Origin: Malacoraja senta
Taxonomy: Eukaryota
Length of the DNA stretch: 64,000 bases
Assembly: GCA_038087875.1 (NCBI GenBank)
Contig: CM075998.1
Span: 4,714,001-4,778,000, forward strand
Direction: 5' to 3'
Made by a program: the position numbers and the translations under genes. Under the pieces are notes generated by a model. The model did not search any database. It saw nothing but the letters and a program-made list of their open reading frames with translations, and was not told the DNA's origin. Positions 12,825-24,382 of the stretch are shown here, one piece after another. The first letter of the stretch is position 1, and every line of letters starts with the position of its first letter.

Positions 12825-15800
12825 TCCTGTACTTCCAGCGGCGCAAGTCCGCAGGAACTGGAGGACGGAGATGTGTGGTGCGTCCGTCACTGTTCCCGTC
12901 GGAAACCAGCACCACTGCGTCGCTAATGTTTTCAACGATGATGAATGAATGACTACCAACAATCTTCACTCATAGAAACATAGAAAATAGGTGCAGGAGT
13001 AGGCCATTCGGCACTTCGAGCCTGCACCGCCATTCAATATAATCACAGCTGATCATCCAAAATCAGTACCCCGTTCCTGCTTTCTCCCCATATCCCTTAA
13101 TTCCGTTAGCCCCAAGAGCTAAATCTAACTCTCGACATCCAGGGAATTGGCCTGCAAGAGAATTCCACAGATACACAACTCTCTGTGTGAAAAATGTTTT
13201 CCTCACCTCAGTACTAAATGGCCGACTCCTCATTCTTACTCACTATGTTCCTCCCCGATATGGCACCATGGATCCTTCATCTCTACCTCAATAGTTCCCA
13301 TTTATTACCATCCTTACCAGATTCTCAGATTTCGCCTTTTGTGTCCCCACTCATTGCCCTCCAGTCATTGTCTCCACCTTTACCCCCCCCCCCTTCCCCC
13401 ACTCAGCTCCATCCATCTTCTTCCTTCTCTGCACAGATGCTGCCTGTTAGTAACCGGGATTCGGTGTTGGAGTCGGATACACAAGAAATCAAGGAGTCGG
13501 AGTCGGGTGTTTTGGGCATCGACTCCACAGCCCTGCTTCTGAAGCATCACTTTAAATGGGTGCATATTCTACACACACGGGTGCATATTCAAAGACACAC
13601 GTCTTTGATAATTATTGTGGTGTGGAGAGTAGGTTTAAACAGTGGGGGTATGACTGGATCATTTCACAAAGTGTTTTGAAAGTGAGCCCAGAGATACCAT
13701 CGGGCCCTTGTAACGGCACAGTTGAAATGTTTATATTTAAATCTAACTTAATTGTTTGTTGTTCTCCTATGCAGGTAAACATTGATGTGATGCCTGGGTA
13801 CTGCAGTAAACCATGCAAACCAAAAGAGTATAGATATAAGGACATTTGTTGTCCAGAATGTCTCCCAGGTAACTCTGAATTCTGGGTACCTCTAGCTTCC
13901 CTCTCTCTTCCTGACTCTCAGTCTGACGAAGGGTCTCGACCCGAAACGTCACCTATTCCTTTTCTCCAGAGATGCTGCGTGTCCCGCTGAGTTACTCCAG
14001 CATTTTGTGTCTTATCTTCTGAATTCTACATCCTGTTTGTAACCATAGAGGTGATGTTCGATGGCTCTTGGAGTAGAGTTCTGAGCGTGTGAGCTGGATG
14101 GGGTAAGGGTTTTGCCTTTGTGCCTGGGATGTTGCTAATAGTGACCCTGTGGCATTCACTGCCTATATTTGTCCTTAACAGCTCTTCTTGTTTAGAATAA
14201 AGTTGTGGTGTTAAAAGCACTCGGCTTTAGTGAACTGATGTTATGGGCAATTCTCCTTGGGTGGTCAAGTGGCTCTTTCCTGCTTAGGACTGACCTCCAT
14301 TCCTTTTATGATTCGGTTGGCAGAGCAAAGGCTGAGGAAGTCTCTTGATTGTTGGGAAATTTCCCATAGCTTGCCCAACTGGGAGCAGCGACACACTTGA
14401 GTAAACATCGAGCATAGGCTCAGGCCTTACTGCTTGGATGTGAACAAATCTTGGACCTGCCTGCTCAGGTATTGCATTCCCAAGGCTTGACTTAATCGCA
14501 AATCCTTAACACCTCGATACTTTGGCTCCGAAGAGACCCACTGCATCTCCAACTTGCCCTAAAGCGACCCAGAGGGGAGTTGCTCGTTATTAGAGTCAAA
14601 AGGCACGGAAATGAGCCCCTCGGCCCTGCCGACCAATATGTCCCATCAACGTTAGGCCTACCTGCCTGCTTTTGGCCTATATCCCTCTAAACCTTTCATA
14701 TCCATCAGTCTATTCCAAAGATACACACAAAAATGCTGGAGTAACTCAGCGGGTGAGGCAGCATCTCTGGAGAGAAGGAATGGGTGACGTTTCAGGTAGA
14801 GACCCTTCAGACTGATTTCTTTCTTACACATAGTCAATTCCAAAGTCTCGAGTTACTTCATCAGTTCTTCAACCTGAAATATTAACTTCCTTTCTCTGTT
14901 TGCAGATGCTACCTGGCCTGCAGAGTATTTGCTGTTTTTATTTCTTGCAGTCCAGGACACCATACCTTCTAATCGCTGCCTTCACTTTTCATTCCTCTGG
15001 CTTCCCAGAACTGTTGGGTTTTGATGTATTTTGAGTGTTTTTGTGCTATTTTAATCGTTAGCTCTCTCTATTCATTAGGTTCTCGAGTGCTAGAACACTG
15101 CACACCGGATTCTGCAACAAACTGTCTACCATGTAGCCATGGTACCTATCAAGCTTATTTCACTGGGTCCAAGGAATGCGTTCATTGTACCATTTGTAGA
15201 GAAGGTAAGCAAGTAAATAGCTGTCCCATAGCTGTGCAGTGATGCTGTGGAGGCCAAGTCATTGGGTATTTGTAACGAGGAGATTGATATGTTCTTTATT
15301 TGTACGGATGTCAGGGGGTTTTGTGGGGAGAAGGCAGGAAAATGGGGTGTGAGGAAAAGATAGAACAGCCATGATCGAATAGTGGCCACACCTGGAGTAT
15401 TGTGTACAGTTTTAGTCTCCAAATCTGAGGAAAGACATTCTTGCCATAGAGGGAGTACAGAGAAGGTTCACCAGACTGATTCCTGGGATGGCCAGACTTT
15501 CATATGAAGAAAGACTGGATAGACTCGGCTTGTACTCGCTAGAATTTAGAAGATTGAGGGGGGATCTTATAGAAACTTACAACATTCTTAAGGGGTTGGA
15601 CAGGCTAGATGCAGGAAGATTGTTCCCGATGTTGGGGAAGTCCAGGACAAGGGGGTCACAGTTTAAGGATAAGGGGGAAATCTTTTAGGACCGAGATGAG
15701 AAAAACATTTTTCACACGCAGAGTGGTGAATCTCTGGAACTCTCTGCCACAGAAGGTAGTTGAGGCCAGTTCATTGGCTATATTTAAGAGGGAGTTAGAT

Positions 15801-18800
15801 GTGGCCCTTGTGGCTAAAGGGATCAGGGGGTATGGAGAGAAGGCAGGTACGGGATACTGAGTTGGATGATCAACCATGATCATATTGAATGGCGGTGCAG
15901 GCTCGAAGGGCCGAATGGCCTACTCCTGTACCTATTTTCTATGTTTCTATGAAGTAGGCGCGATGGACTGAATGGCCTAATTCTGCTCCTATGCCTTGTG
16001 GGTCAACGTTAGACGCTGGGTGCAAAGTAAGTGAAATATCGTAATAATGAAACTTGCGTAATTACAATGCAAGAGAAAAGTATTTGTCTTTATACTCTGG
16101 GGTGCTAAGAAAGCGATGCTGTTGCAGGGGATAGGGGGGTGAGATCTTGGGGCAATAGAGTTTCACTAACAGCCAGAGGAGGTAGTTGAGGTGGGTACTT
16201 TCATAACATTTAAGACATATTTAGATAGGTACATGGATTTGATATGTTTGGAGCGATATGGGCCAAGCGCGGGAAGGTGGGACTAGTGTAGATGGGACGT
16301 GGGTCGGTATTGGCAAGTTGGGCTAAAACCTGTTACCACGCTGTATGATTCTATAACAGCCAGGAGATTAGACGTGTTTATCAGACTGGGCATCATTTAA
16401 ACCTCTGCAATGTTGTAGCCCTGCTCTGCTTTAAACGGGATTAAACTTCTCACACTCACACAGTATCTCAGACTTGGCTTCTCGGGACCTGTTTGGTTCC
16501 AGAGCCAGGGAAACGGGCTGAACAATGAAAAGTCTGAAGAATTTTATCCAGAGATGGCATTTGCGATGCTAATAATGTGGCAGGGTGCTAGATTGGCATT
16601 TTTAAAGGGGCCACAGCCCGCAAAATGACATGCATGGCCTTGTCTCCACCTCTGGGCACAGTACTTGGACCCTGCAGAAAAGATGGCTGCTTAGTTGCTG
16701 CTGTTATTCTGTCCATTAAACCAGCAAACGCACCTGAAACTGTTGCAACCAATTCCACACAATAACGTTGCCTGCAAAATACAAAGAGGAGTGATTGCTT
16801 TCTGGTTTGGTACAGGAGCCGAGGAAATCAAGCCATGTTCTTCTACACATGACCGTGTTTGCAACTGCACAGAAGGACACTACTGCGCTAACATCACCAA
16901 GAACGGTTGTGCGAAATGTTTGAAACATCGGAGCTGCCCTATCACAGAAATGGTAGTAAACAAAGGTGAGACATCAGCCTGTGATCTACACTGTGTGTGT
17001 CTATGTGTGTGTCTACGTGTGTGTGTGTGTGTGTATCTACTGATGGACTTTGTGATCAGATCTGACGATATCCATCAATTCCATGCATTCTTTCAGTGCC
17101 TGTTGGGCACCAGAGAACGCCTCCCACATCAGCGGAGCGTCCAGCTGATCAGTGCGTTCTGTGCCAGACTTCAGTAGGTCCTCCTACAAGAACCTGGCCC
17201 AGTGACTGTGAAAGAGTCCACTCACAGCCCAGCCTCTTCCAAGCATCTTCCTCAAGGGGATCTCTCCTGCTCTAGGCCTTTCACCTCTGCCCTCCCTCCC
17301 ACTCCTACTTCTATTCTGTGTTCCCCAAGTTATTTACTCCCCTTTCTCTGACTTCTGCCACGTTGTGTGTACACAAACACGTTCTACAAAATGGATCCAT
17401 TTGATTGTGTCATTGGTGTAATGCAGCGGTTGGGCACACTCTACATGGTTTACTGGGTAAGGAGCAAGGCCTTTCACCATCTACAAACGGCGCAGCGGTA
17501 GAGTTGCTGCCTGACAGCGCCAGAGACCCGGGTTCCATCCTGACTACGGGTGCTGTCTGTACAGAATTTGTACGTTCTCCCCATGACCTGCGTGGGTTTT
17601 CTCCGGGTGCTCCGGTTTCCCCCCGCACTCCAAAGACGTACAGGTTTGTAGGCTAATTGGCTTCTGTAAATTGTCCCGAGTGTGTGGGATAGTGCTAGTG
17701 TACTGGTCAACATGTACACGGTGGGCCGAAAGGCCTGTTTCCGTGCTGTATCGCAGAATAACAGGAAATGCTGGAAACACTCAGCAGGTCGGCGAGCAGC
17801 TGTGGAAAAACGTACTTTGGATTCTGATGAAACATCTGTGACGTGAAGCAATTAACTTTTATTTCTCTCTTCACAGAATCTGCCTGATCCGAGTGTTTTC
17901 AGCAATTTCTGATTTTGTTTATATATGTGTGGACTGAACTCAGCAATTAAATCTGACACTGCAGATTCTGCGGGCATTGTGGAATTAGTCGGGGAATGAG
18001 CCTTGTTGGATATTGCCTGCGTGGATTTGTGACAGGCATTTGTTTGGGAACGGGCCCATCGGCCAAACGAGTCTGTTATATTCCGGACGGCAGAATGAAT
18101 AACAACTTACACGCAGGTTGCCTGGATCATGAGAGAGAGATTTATTACCCAACATTCCCTGCTTACATTGAACACCAACTCATAAACATATACATGAATA
18201 TGTATGAATACATTACAGAGTCCATGCCAACCATTGATCACCCATTCACACTAATTCTATGCTATCCCACTTTCTCATCCATTCCCTGCGCACCAGAGGC
18301 CAATTAACCTACAAGCCTGCACATCTTTGTGGAAGGAAACTCATGAGGTCACAGTCAGAACGTGCAAACTCCACGCAGACAGCGCCCAAGGTCAGGATTG
18401 AACCCAGGTCTCTGGCGCTGTGAGGCAGCGTCTCTACCAGCTGTGCCACTGCCACCCAATTGATTTGACAGTGATCTTCAATATTTCTCAGTGATTCTCA
18501 AATTCAAATCCTGCCGCCAAGTCTGTGTATCATTATTGCCAATATTCAGTGTTTAAACTTTATATTTCTCAGGAACTTACTGGAAAGACACCGAGTGTCG
18601 TCCATGTGCAGAAAGCAACTGTTCACCCAAAGGTTTGCCTCAAAATGGGGAAACGTGAGTAGGGCTGACTTTCATTATACCACATTTACATATTGTACTG
18701 CATAATTAGCATCTTAAAGTACCGTGTGGAGTAACTTTGATACGTTGTACCAGATACTGACGGTTGGTTTGAGAACCGATGCCAGCAGTAGAGGATCTGT

Positions 18801-20363
18801 GTTTAGTTTAGAGATACAGCGCGGAAACAGGCCCTTCAGCCCACTGACGACCAACGATCCCCGCACATTAACACTATCCCTCACACACACACACACACAC
18901 ATATTTTAACTAACCGCCATTCACAAATGTTAAACCTGCACTTAATTCCAACATTTTATTAAAATTGATTTTAATTCATAGTTAGAGAGGTAAATTCTTC
19001 TATGACAAATTCTCATGGCCATCTCTCTCTCTCTCTCTCTCTCTCACTCACTCACTCACTCACTCACTCTCACACACACACACACAACAATTTTTACATT
19101 TACCAAGCCAATTAACCTACAAACCTGTCCATCTTTGGAGTGTGGGAGGAAACTGAAGATCTCGGAGAAAGCTCACGCAGGTCACGGGGAGACAGCATAC
19201 ACAGCACCCGCAGTCAGGATCGAACTCGGGTCTCGGGTGCTGCAATCGCTGTAAGGCAGCAACTCTACCTCTGCGCCACCGTGTGTTTGGTCTAATCTGA
19301 GTGACAATAAAGATGCTACATTAGCTAGAGTTTAGGGTGTTGCTACTTGTTAAGCTGTCTCCGTGTAGTAATACTGACCAGGAGCATGTGTAGCAAGAAC
19401 ATAGATCAGTACAGCACAAGAACAGGCTCTTCGGCCTACAATGTCTGTACCGCATATGATGCCAGGACCAACCTGCCCCGCACATCTCCTTTACACTTTG
19501 TCCCTCTCACCTTAAAGCTATGCTCTCTAGTATTTGATTTTTCCACTCTAGGGGAAAAGGTTCTGACTATCTACCCTCCCTACCTACCTATCATAATTTT
19601 ATAGACTTCTATCAGGTCTCCATAACCTCTGGGATTCCAGAGAAAACAATCCAAGTCAGTCCAACCTCTCCCTGCAGCTAATTCCCCCTCATCCAGCATT
19701 CTGATCAACCTTGTTCTTTATCTCCACATCATCATCTATATCTCTCGTTTCCCTTTCTTCCTAACCACTCTGAAGCTGGGTCTCGACCCAAAACGTCACC
19801 CATTCCTTCTCTGCAGAGACGCTGCCTGTCCTGCTGAGTTACTCCAGCTTTTTGTGTCCATCTTCTGATAAACCTTCTCTGCACCATTTCCAAAGCATTC
19901 TGCATCCTCTCTGCAATGATATCAAATGGACATGGAGACATAAAAGCACATTCCTATTGAATGGAGGTGAGGAATTTCTTTAACCAGAGGGCGGTGAATG
20001 TGTGGGATTCAATGTCAGAGACGGCTGTGGAGGCCAAGTCAGTGGATATTTTTAAAGCAGCGATTGTTAGGTTCTTGATCCCATCTGATGTTTAATTAAT
20101 TCATTAATTGATAGAATAAGATTTGACACCAGTGCATTGAGCAGTTTATTGCTATTTCATTTTAATCCATTGGATATTAATACTCGTAACTATTCGTTCA
20201 TTTTTTATGAAATAGTAATTTGATGTTTCTCTTTGCATTTTGTTTCCACAGTGGCATTGCGAATGGGAGTACTGCTGGAAATGTGCTGTGTCAAAACGCC
20301 ATGATAATATTATCAATCATTGTAGGGTTATACCGTGTTATTCTTTATGAGCCAATATTTTGA
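11415..20363 (+). CDS. TNF receptor superfamily gene, copy A (TNFRSF14/HVEM- or CD40-like), 6 coding exons, 215 aa: join(11415..11498,13775..13868,15079..15204,16816..16965,18573..18654,20252..20363)
   Basis: All five introns are GT..AG with compatible phases (0,1,1,1,2). The joined 648 nt is open: MIGRQNHRRFCFHLFGTQIIVVAILLQRVNIDVMPGYCSKPCKPKEYRYKDICCPECLPGSRVLEHCTPDSATNCLPCSHGTYQAYFTGSKECVHCTICREGAEEIKPCSSTHDRVCNCTEGHYCANITKNGCAKCLKHRSCPITEMVVNKGTYWKDTECRPCAESNCSPKGLPQNGETGIANGSTAGNVLCQNAMIILSIIVGLYRVILYEPIF*. Cysteine spacing and exon-phase pattern match TNFRSF14/CD40. Confidence 0.85.
11623..13535. mobile_element. Non-autonomous hAT DNA transposon filling most of intron 1 (copy B equivalent 27340-29239)
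   Basis: TIR CAGGGCTGTGGAGTCG ... CGACTCCACAGCCCTG with a perfect 8-bp TSD CTTCTGAA. Carries nested repeats ((CA)n-containing element, CR1 fragment). Confidence 0.9.
13775..13868 (+). CDS. TNFRSF copy A exon 2 (start of CRD1)
   Basis: Acceptor ttctcctatgcag|, encodes VNIDVMPGYCSKPCKPKEYRYKDICCPECLP, donor CAG|GTAAC. Typical C-x3-EY-x5-CC-x2-C-x-PG motif. Confidence 0.93.
13923..13950 (+). ncRNA. Minimal hammerhead-ribozyme-like motif of a Penelope tail, sense orientation in intron 2 (copy B: 29627-29654)
   Basis: CTGACGA-A-GGGT(CTCG)ACCC-GAAA-C-GTC has the CUGANGA and GAAA boxes, stem II and a GUC site. Stem I is only ~2 bp. Confidence 0.5.
15079..15204 (+). CDS. TNFRSF copy A exon 3 (CRD1/CRD2)
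   Basis: Acceptor ctattcattag|, 126 nt, encodes SRVLEHCTPDSATNCLPCSHGTYQAYFTGSKECVHCTICRE, donor AAG|GTAAGC. Confidence 0.95.
15385..15950 (+). mobile_element. CR1-clade LINE 3' fragment in intron 3 (copy B: ~31088-31655)
   Basis: LSYEERLDRLGLYSLEFRRLRGDLIETY and RVVNLWNSLPQKVVEA, with a (tttctatg)n tail. Confidence 0.9.
16816..16965 (+). CDS. TNFRSF copy A exon 4 (CRD2/CRD3)
   Basis: Acceptor ggtacag|, 150 nt, encodes AEEIKPCSSTHDRVCNCTEGHYCANITKNGCAKCLKHRSCPITEMVVNK, donor AAG|GTGAG. Confidence 0.95.
17485..17755 (+). mobile_element. tRNA-derived V-SINE (HE1-like)
   Basis: ggcgcagcggtagagttgctgcc head with A/B-box-like motifs, central core and CR1-like tail. About 20 related copies occur in the window. 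Confidence 0.85.
18573..18654 (+). CDS. TNFRSF copy A exon 5 (end of CRD3, degenerate CRD4)
   Basis: Acceptor tatatttctcag|, encodes (G)TYWKDTECRPCAESNCSPKGLPQNGE (GT-x3-DT-x-C-x-PC motif), phase-2 donor AC|GTGAGT. Too short for the ORF track. Confidence 0.9.
20252..20363 (+). CDS. TNFRSF copy A terminal exon (spacer, hydrophobic tail, stop)
   Basis: Strong acceptor tttgcattttgtttccacag| in phase 2, encodes (T)GIANGSTAGNVLCQNAMIILSIIVGLYRVILYEPIF, TGA at 20361-20363, AATAAA at 20593. Confidence 0.7.
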
Positions 20364-20366
20364 GGA

Positions 20367-20623
20367 TAGTCGGGCATATCTCCGACTTTTTTTTCTTTTG
20401 CCTCTCACTTTTTTTCGGCAGTTCAGGGGTCTTTTCCTCTTTCTTTTTTGTATTTTTCTTCTTTCTCTTCATTCTTTCCTCTTTACTCTTTTTTTCCCTA
20501 TTCACATATCAGTTTATAAAATGTTAAAAATGAAGATGTATGAAAGTTGTGTAAATGTTATCCGATTGCTTTATTCTTGTACAATTGCTTCTAATAAAAT
20601 TTAAAATAAAAATAATAATATAT
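20367..20623 (+). mobile_element. 5'-truncated L1-type 3' UTR insertion directly after the TNFRSF stop codon
   Basis: 12-bp TSD ATATTTTGAGGA (20355-20366 and 20624-20635), T-rich body, AATAAA and A-rich tail. The 3' end resembles that of 22026-22360. Confidence 0.7.
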
Positions 20624-21388
20624 ATATTTTGAGGAGGCTAGCATCTGTAATTCCATTTTTGCTAGTTCGATGAAGAATGAATTTACGACAGATACTGCCA
20701 AGTTCATTTATTGTTACATGCACCAATTGGTACAGTGAGTAGGTATGTTACAAAACTTACCTTCAGCGGTGCTGCAGTTCTGTCACTGGCCGTGTGCGTG
20801 ACTTTGGCGCCTTTTAGGGGCGGGGGCGGGGTTAAAATGCGTTTTTTCTCCTGCCTGTCCTGGATATATTTTCTCGGGCTGCTAGCTAATGCTGAAGAAT
20901 TGTTCCGACTGTCGTTCTGTGAATTTTGTTTTTTTTAATCGCGGGACAATTTCAGCGCTGGAGCCTCTAATGCCGTCAACGCCAATAACGGACGGATTTC
21001 ACATACGGGACAGCTAAAGGTAAGGCGTTTATTTTACATATAAACGTGCTTCTTAGGATTACCTTAATCCAAATTTTACGTTGTGAAAAGGTAATTTAGG
21101 CCCCATATGAACCGGCAGTATTTTTCCTGCCGATATGGGGTTTAAATTCACCGCAACCGCAACGTTTCAAACGATCGCGTTCCACAAAATCCCACTCGCA
21201 AGATGATTTAAATGGCCATTAATTTACAGGAATTAAACACTAAATTCCTTCCATTTGGCCTATAAATTCATGACAATGAAATTTAAAAATCATGTTATAT
21301 TGTGAATTCTTGTGTGAATGTTATTTGGACACAGGCTATTTAAAAATGTTAATCTTTTCTTCAGAAATGGATAGATGTTTAGATCTAG

Positions 21389-21990
21389 CTTATCCAAAAT
21401 GCTGCTGCCAGAGTCTTGACCAACACCAAGAAAATGGACCACATTACACCTGTCCTTAAATCTTTGCACTGGCTCCCTGTGTGTGAGAGGATAGATTTTA
21501 AAATTCTGTTACTGACCTACAAGGCACTGAATGGTCTAGGTCCAAAATACATCTCTGACCTACTTGTAGTATATGAGGCGCCTAGACTCCTCAGGTGTTC
21601 AGGCACAGGTTTACTCTGTGTTCCCAGGGTCAGAACTAAAAAGGCTGAAGCACCATTGGGTTTTTATGCTCCACACCTGTGGAACAAGCTCCCTGAACAC
21701 CTGAGGTGTGCGCAGACTGTAAGCGCATTTAAATCAGGCCTTAAAACACTGTTGTTTACTATAGCTTTTCCATAACCCGACATGCAGGTAATCTTAACTG
21801 TCTAATTTTAACCCTTTTATGCGCTTTTTAAAATTGTTTTATTGATGTTGTTTTATTATTCATACATTTGTCGTATTGATTATTTTGTAATTTTTAATTA
21901 TTGACTCTTTTATTTTTTCCTTCCTGTAAAGCACCTTGAATTGTTGTTTGCACGAATGGTGCTATACAAATAAATTTGCCTTTGCCTTAG
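21389..21990 (+). mobile_element. L2-clade LINE 3' fragment
   Basis: ORF 21416-21775 HITPVLKSLHWLPVCERIDFKILLLTYKALNG...APHLWNKLP...FKSGLKT, tail aataaa(tttgcc)n. Confidence 0.9.
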
Positions 21991-22025
21991 TAATTGAATT
22001 TTGTAGTTAGCTACAATTAGGTAAC

Positions 22026-22360
22026 ATGGTCTCCATTTATTGACTATTTGAAGGGACAGACTGGTTCGGCACGAGAACCTGACTGAAACTCGAATTAAGG
22101 ATTAGATGAAAAGTTATATTTTCAAATTTACGAATTTATCTCCAATGTTGTACTTTTATTAAATCATTCCATTCTTCTTTATCATGTTTTTGTTCCCTTC
22201 TTTCTTTTATTCTCTTATTTTCTACCTATATAAAAAAATTAAAAAATACTAGAAGCAGTTAATATCAATTGATAATATTAGTAATGTAGGAATTATATAC
22301 ATGAAATGTTTTCAATATGATATGTACCTGCCTCTAATAAAAATATTATTATAAAAAAAA
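22026..22360 (+). mobile_element. L1-type LINE 3' end
   Basis: 17-bp TSD AGCTACAATTAGGTAAC, ORF2-like C-terminus WSPFIDYLKG, AATAAA and poly(A). Confidence 0.8.
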
Positions 22361-23239
22361 AGCTACAATTAGGTAACTAACTAATTATATGCTTTAATTT
22401 CATGTCATCTAAGTAAGATTGTTTCATATTTGTTTCAGAATGCTTCAATCTATAATAACTGAAAATTTCTTTCAGTTCTCTTAATTTTTAAGAAAGTTAT
22501 GGGCTTTTGACTGTCCTCGATCACAGCTTTTGTGTTGTCAATGGAAAAGCAATAGGGAACAAGATGCTAATTTCCGAGTATGAAATGGCCACAACTTTTT
22601 TAATACTGAAGATATGAAAGTGAATTAGGTGTCAAATTAAACTTCTTTTTATGCTTTATCTGATGGGATAAATTGCAGATTTGATTTTTTAAATCTCAAA
22701 ATTTTGTAACATTGCTACAGTGAGATTTGAGTGACCATACAGCCATACGGATAAAAAGAACACAATACACGATAGAGTTTAACATGAACATCCCCACACA
22801 GCAGCATCAATGTTTCCCACTGTGAGGGAAGGCAATAAAGTTCAGTCATCTTCCTCATTGTTCACCTGTGGTTGGGGCCTTTGAACCCTCCGCAGTCGCT
22901 GCTACGGACGGCCCGATGTTCAGGCCCTCTCGCCAGGATGATCGGAGCTCCGGCGTCGGAACGGATCAGAACACACTCAGCGGCTTGGAGTTTCCGAGTC
23001 GGGCACTGGTTCGTTGTACTATTTGCCGTCCATATAATGGTCCATTCCTTGGCCACATTCCACCAGGGGGCGCCGCACGATTGGCAGCCTCGCCAACCGT
23101 CTGTCTGTTTTTTCATATTTTTTTGTTGTTTTTAGTGTGTCTTAAATGTTTGTTTTAATGTTTTCTGGTTTGTTTTCTGTGGGGGGTGGGGGAGGCGGTC
23201 GGGGGAAACTTTTTTTCAGTCTCTTACCTTGCCGGAGAT

Positions 23240-23700
23240 GCATAGAAACATAGAAAATAGGTGCAGGAGGAGGCCATTCGGCCCTTCGAGCCAGCACCGC
23301 CATTCATTGTGATCATGGCTGATCGTCCCCAATCAATAACCCGTGCCTGCCTTTTCCCCATATCCCTTGATTCCACTAGCCCCTAGAGCTCTATCTAACT
23401 CTCTCTTAAATCCATCCAGTGATTTGACCTCCACTGCCCTCTGTGGCAGGAAATTCCACAAATTCACAACTCTCTGGGTGACTTTTTTTTCTCACCTCAG
23501 TTTTAAATGGCCTTTATTCTAAGACTGGCCCCTGGTTCTGGACTCACCCAACATTGGGAAAAATTTTCCTGCATCTAGCTTGTCCAGTCCTTTTATAATT
23601 TTATATGTTTCTATAAGATCCCTCTTCATCCTTATAAACTCCAGGGAATACAAGCCTAGTCTTTTCAATCTTTCCTCATATGACAGTCCCGCCATACCTG
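23240..23700 (-). mobile_element. CR1-clade LINE 3' fragment
   Basis: GMAGLSYEERLKRLGLYSLEF...ESRTRG on the minus strand. Confidence 0.85.
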
Positions 23701-24382
23701 GGGTCAAATTGTCCCTGGTGTGTTGGGCAGTGTTAGTGTGCGGGAATCCCTGGTCGGTGTGGACTCGGTGGGCCAAAGGGCCTGTTTCCCTGCTGTATCT
23801 CTAAACTATATCTAGAATGGATTATTTTGTCACTGTTACACTGCTACCTTTGGGAGCTTGCTGTGTAGAGTACGGCTGCTGTCTGTCCACCATTACAGCA
23901 TTGAGCACCCTCCTGAAGTACATCTATGTCTTTGGGAAGCTGAGAAAGGATGAGAGGATGTTTCCACTAATGGGAGAGACTAGAACCAGAGGTCATAGCC
24001 TCAGAATTAAAGGATGTTCCTTTAGGAAGGAGATGAGGAGGAATTTCTTTAGCCAGAGGGTGGTGAATCTATGGAATTCATTGCCACAGAAGGTGGTGGA
24101 GGCCAAGTCAATGGATATTTTTAAACCATAACGGAGATAGATAGATTCTTGATTAGTATGGGTGTCAGGGGTCATGGGGAGAAGGCAGGAGAATGTGGTT
24201 GAGAGGGAGCGATAGATAAGCCATGATTGAATGGCGGAGTAGACTCGATGGGCCGAATGGCCTATTCTTCTATTCTATCACTTATGAACAGATGAAAGAG
24301 TCCAGAAAAACGCACATCTTTTATGAGCCTGCAGGTGGAATGCTGTACTCTGATGCCTTTGGTGGAGGCTGGCTGGGTGTTC

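Larger units (their letters stand above)
8588..17426 (+). repeat. Segmental duplication unit A (pairs with 24383-33146)
   Basis: Colinear near-identity from tacaatgaggg (8588/24383) to cattggtgtaatgcag (17426/33146), including introns and nested repeats. Confidence 0.95.
20740..22717. mobile_element. Second copy of the 7-bp-TSD DNA transposon (opposite orientation) with nested L2 and L1 fragments
   Basis: cagtgag|TAGGTATGTTACAAAA ... TTTTGTAACATTGCTA|cagtgag. Confidence 0.85.

Noticed and set aside
17485..17560. tRNA-like sequences
   Set aside because: They are SINE heads followed by the V-SINE core and do not form complete cloverleafs.
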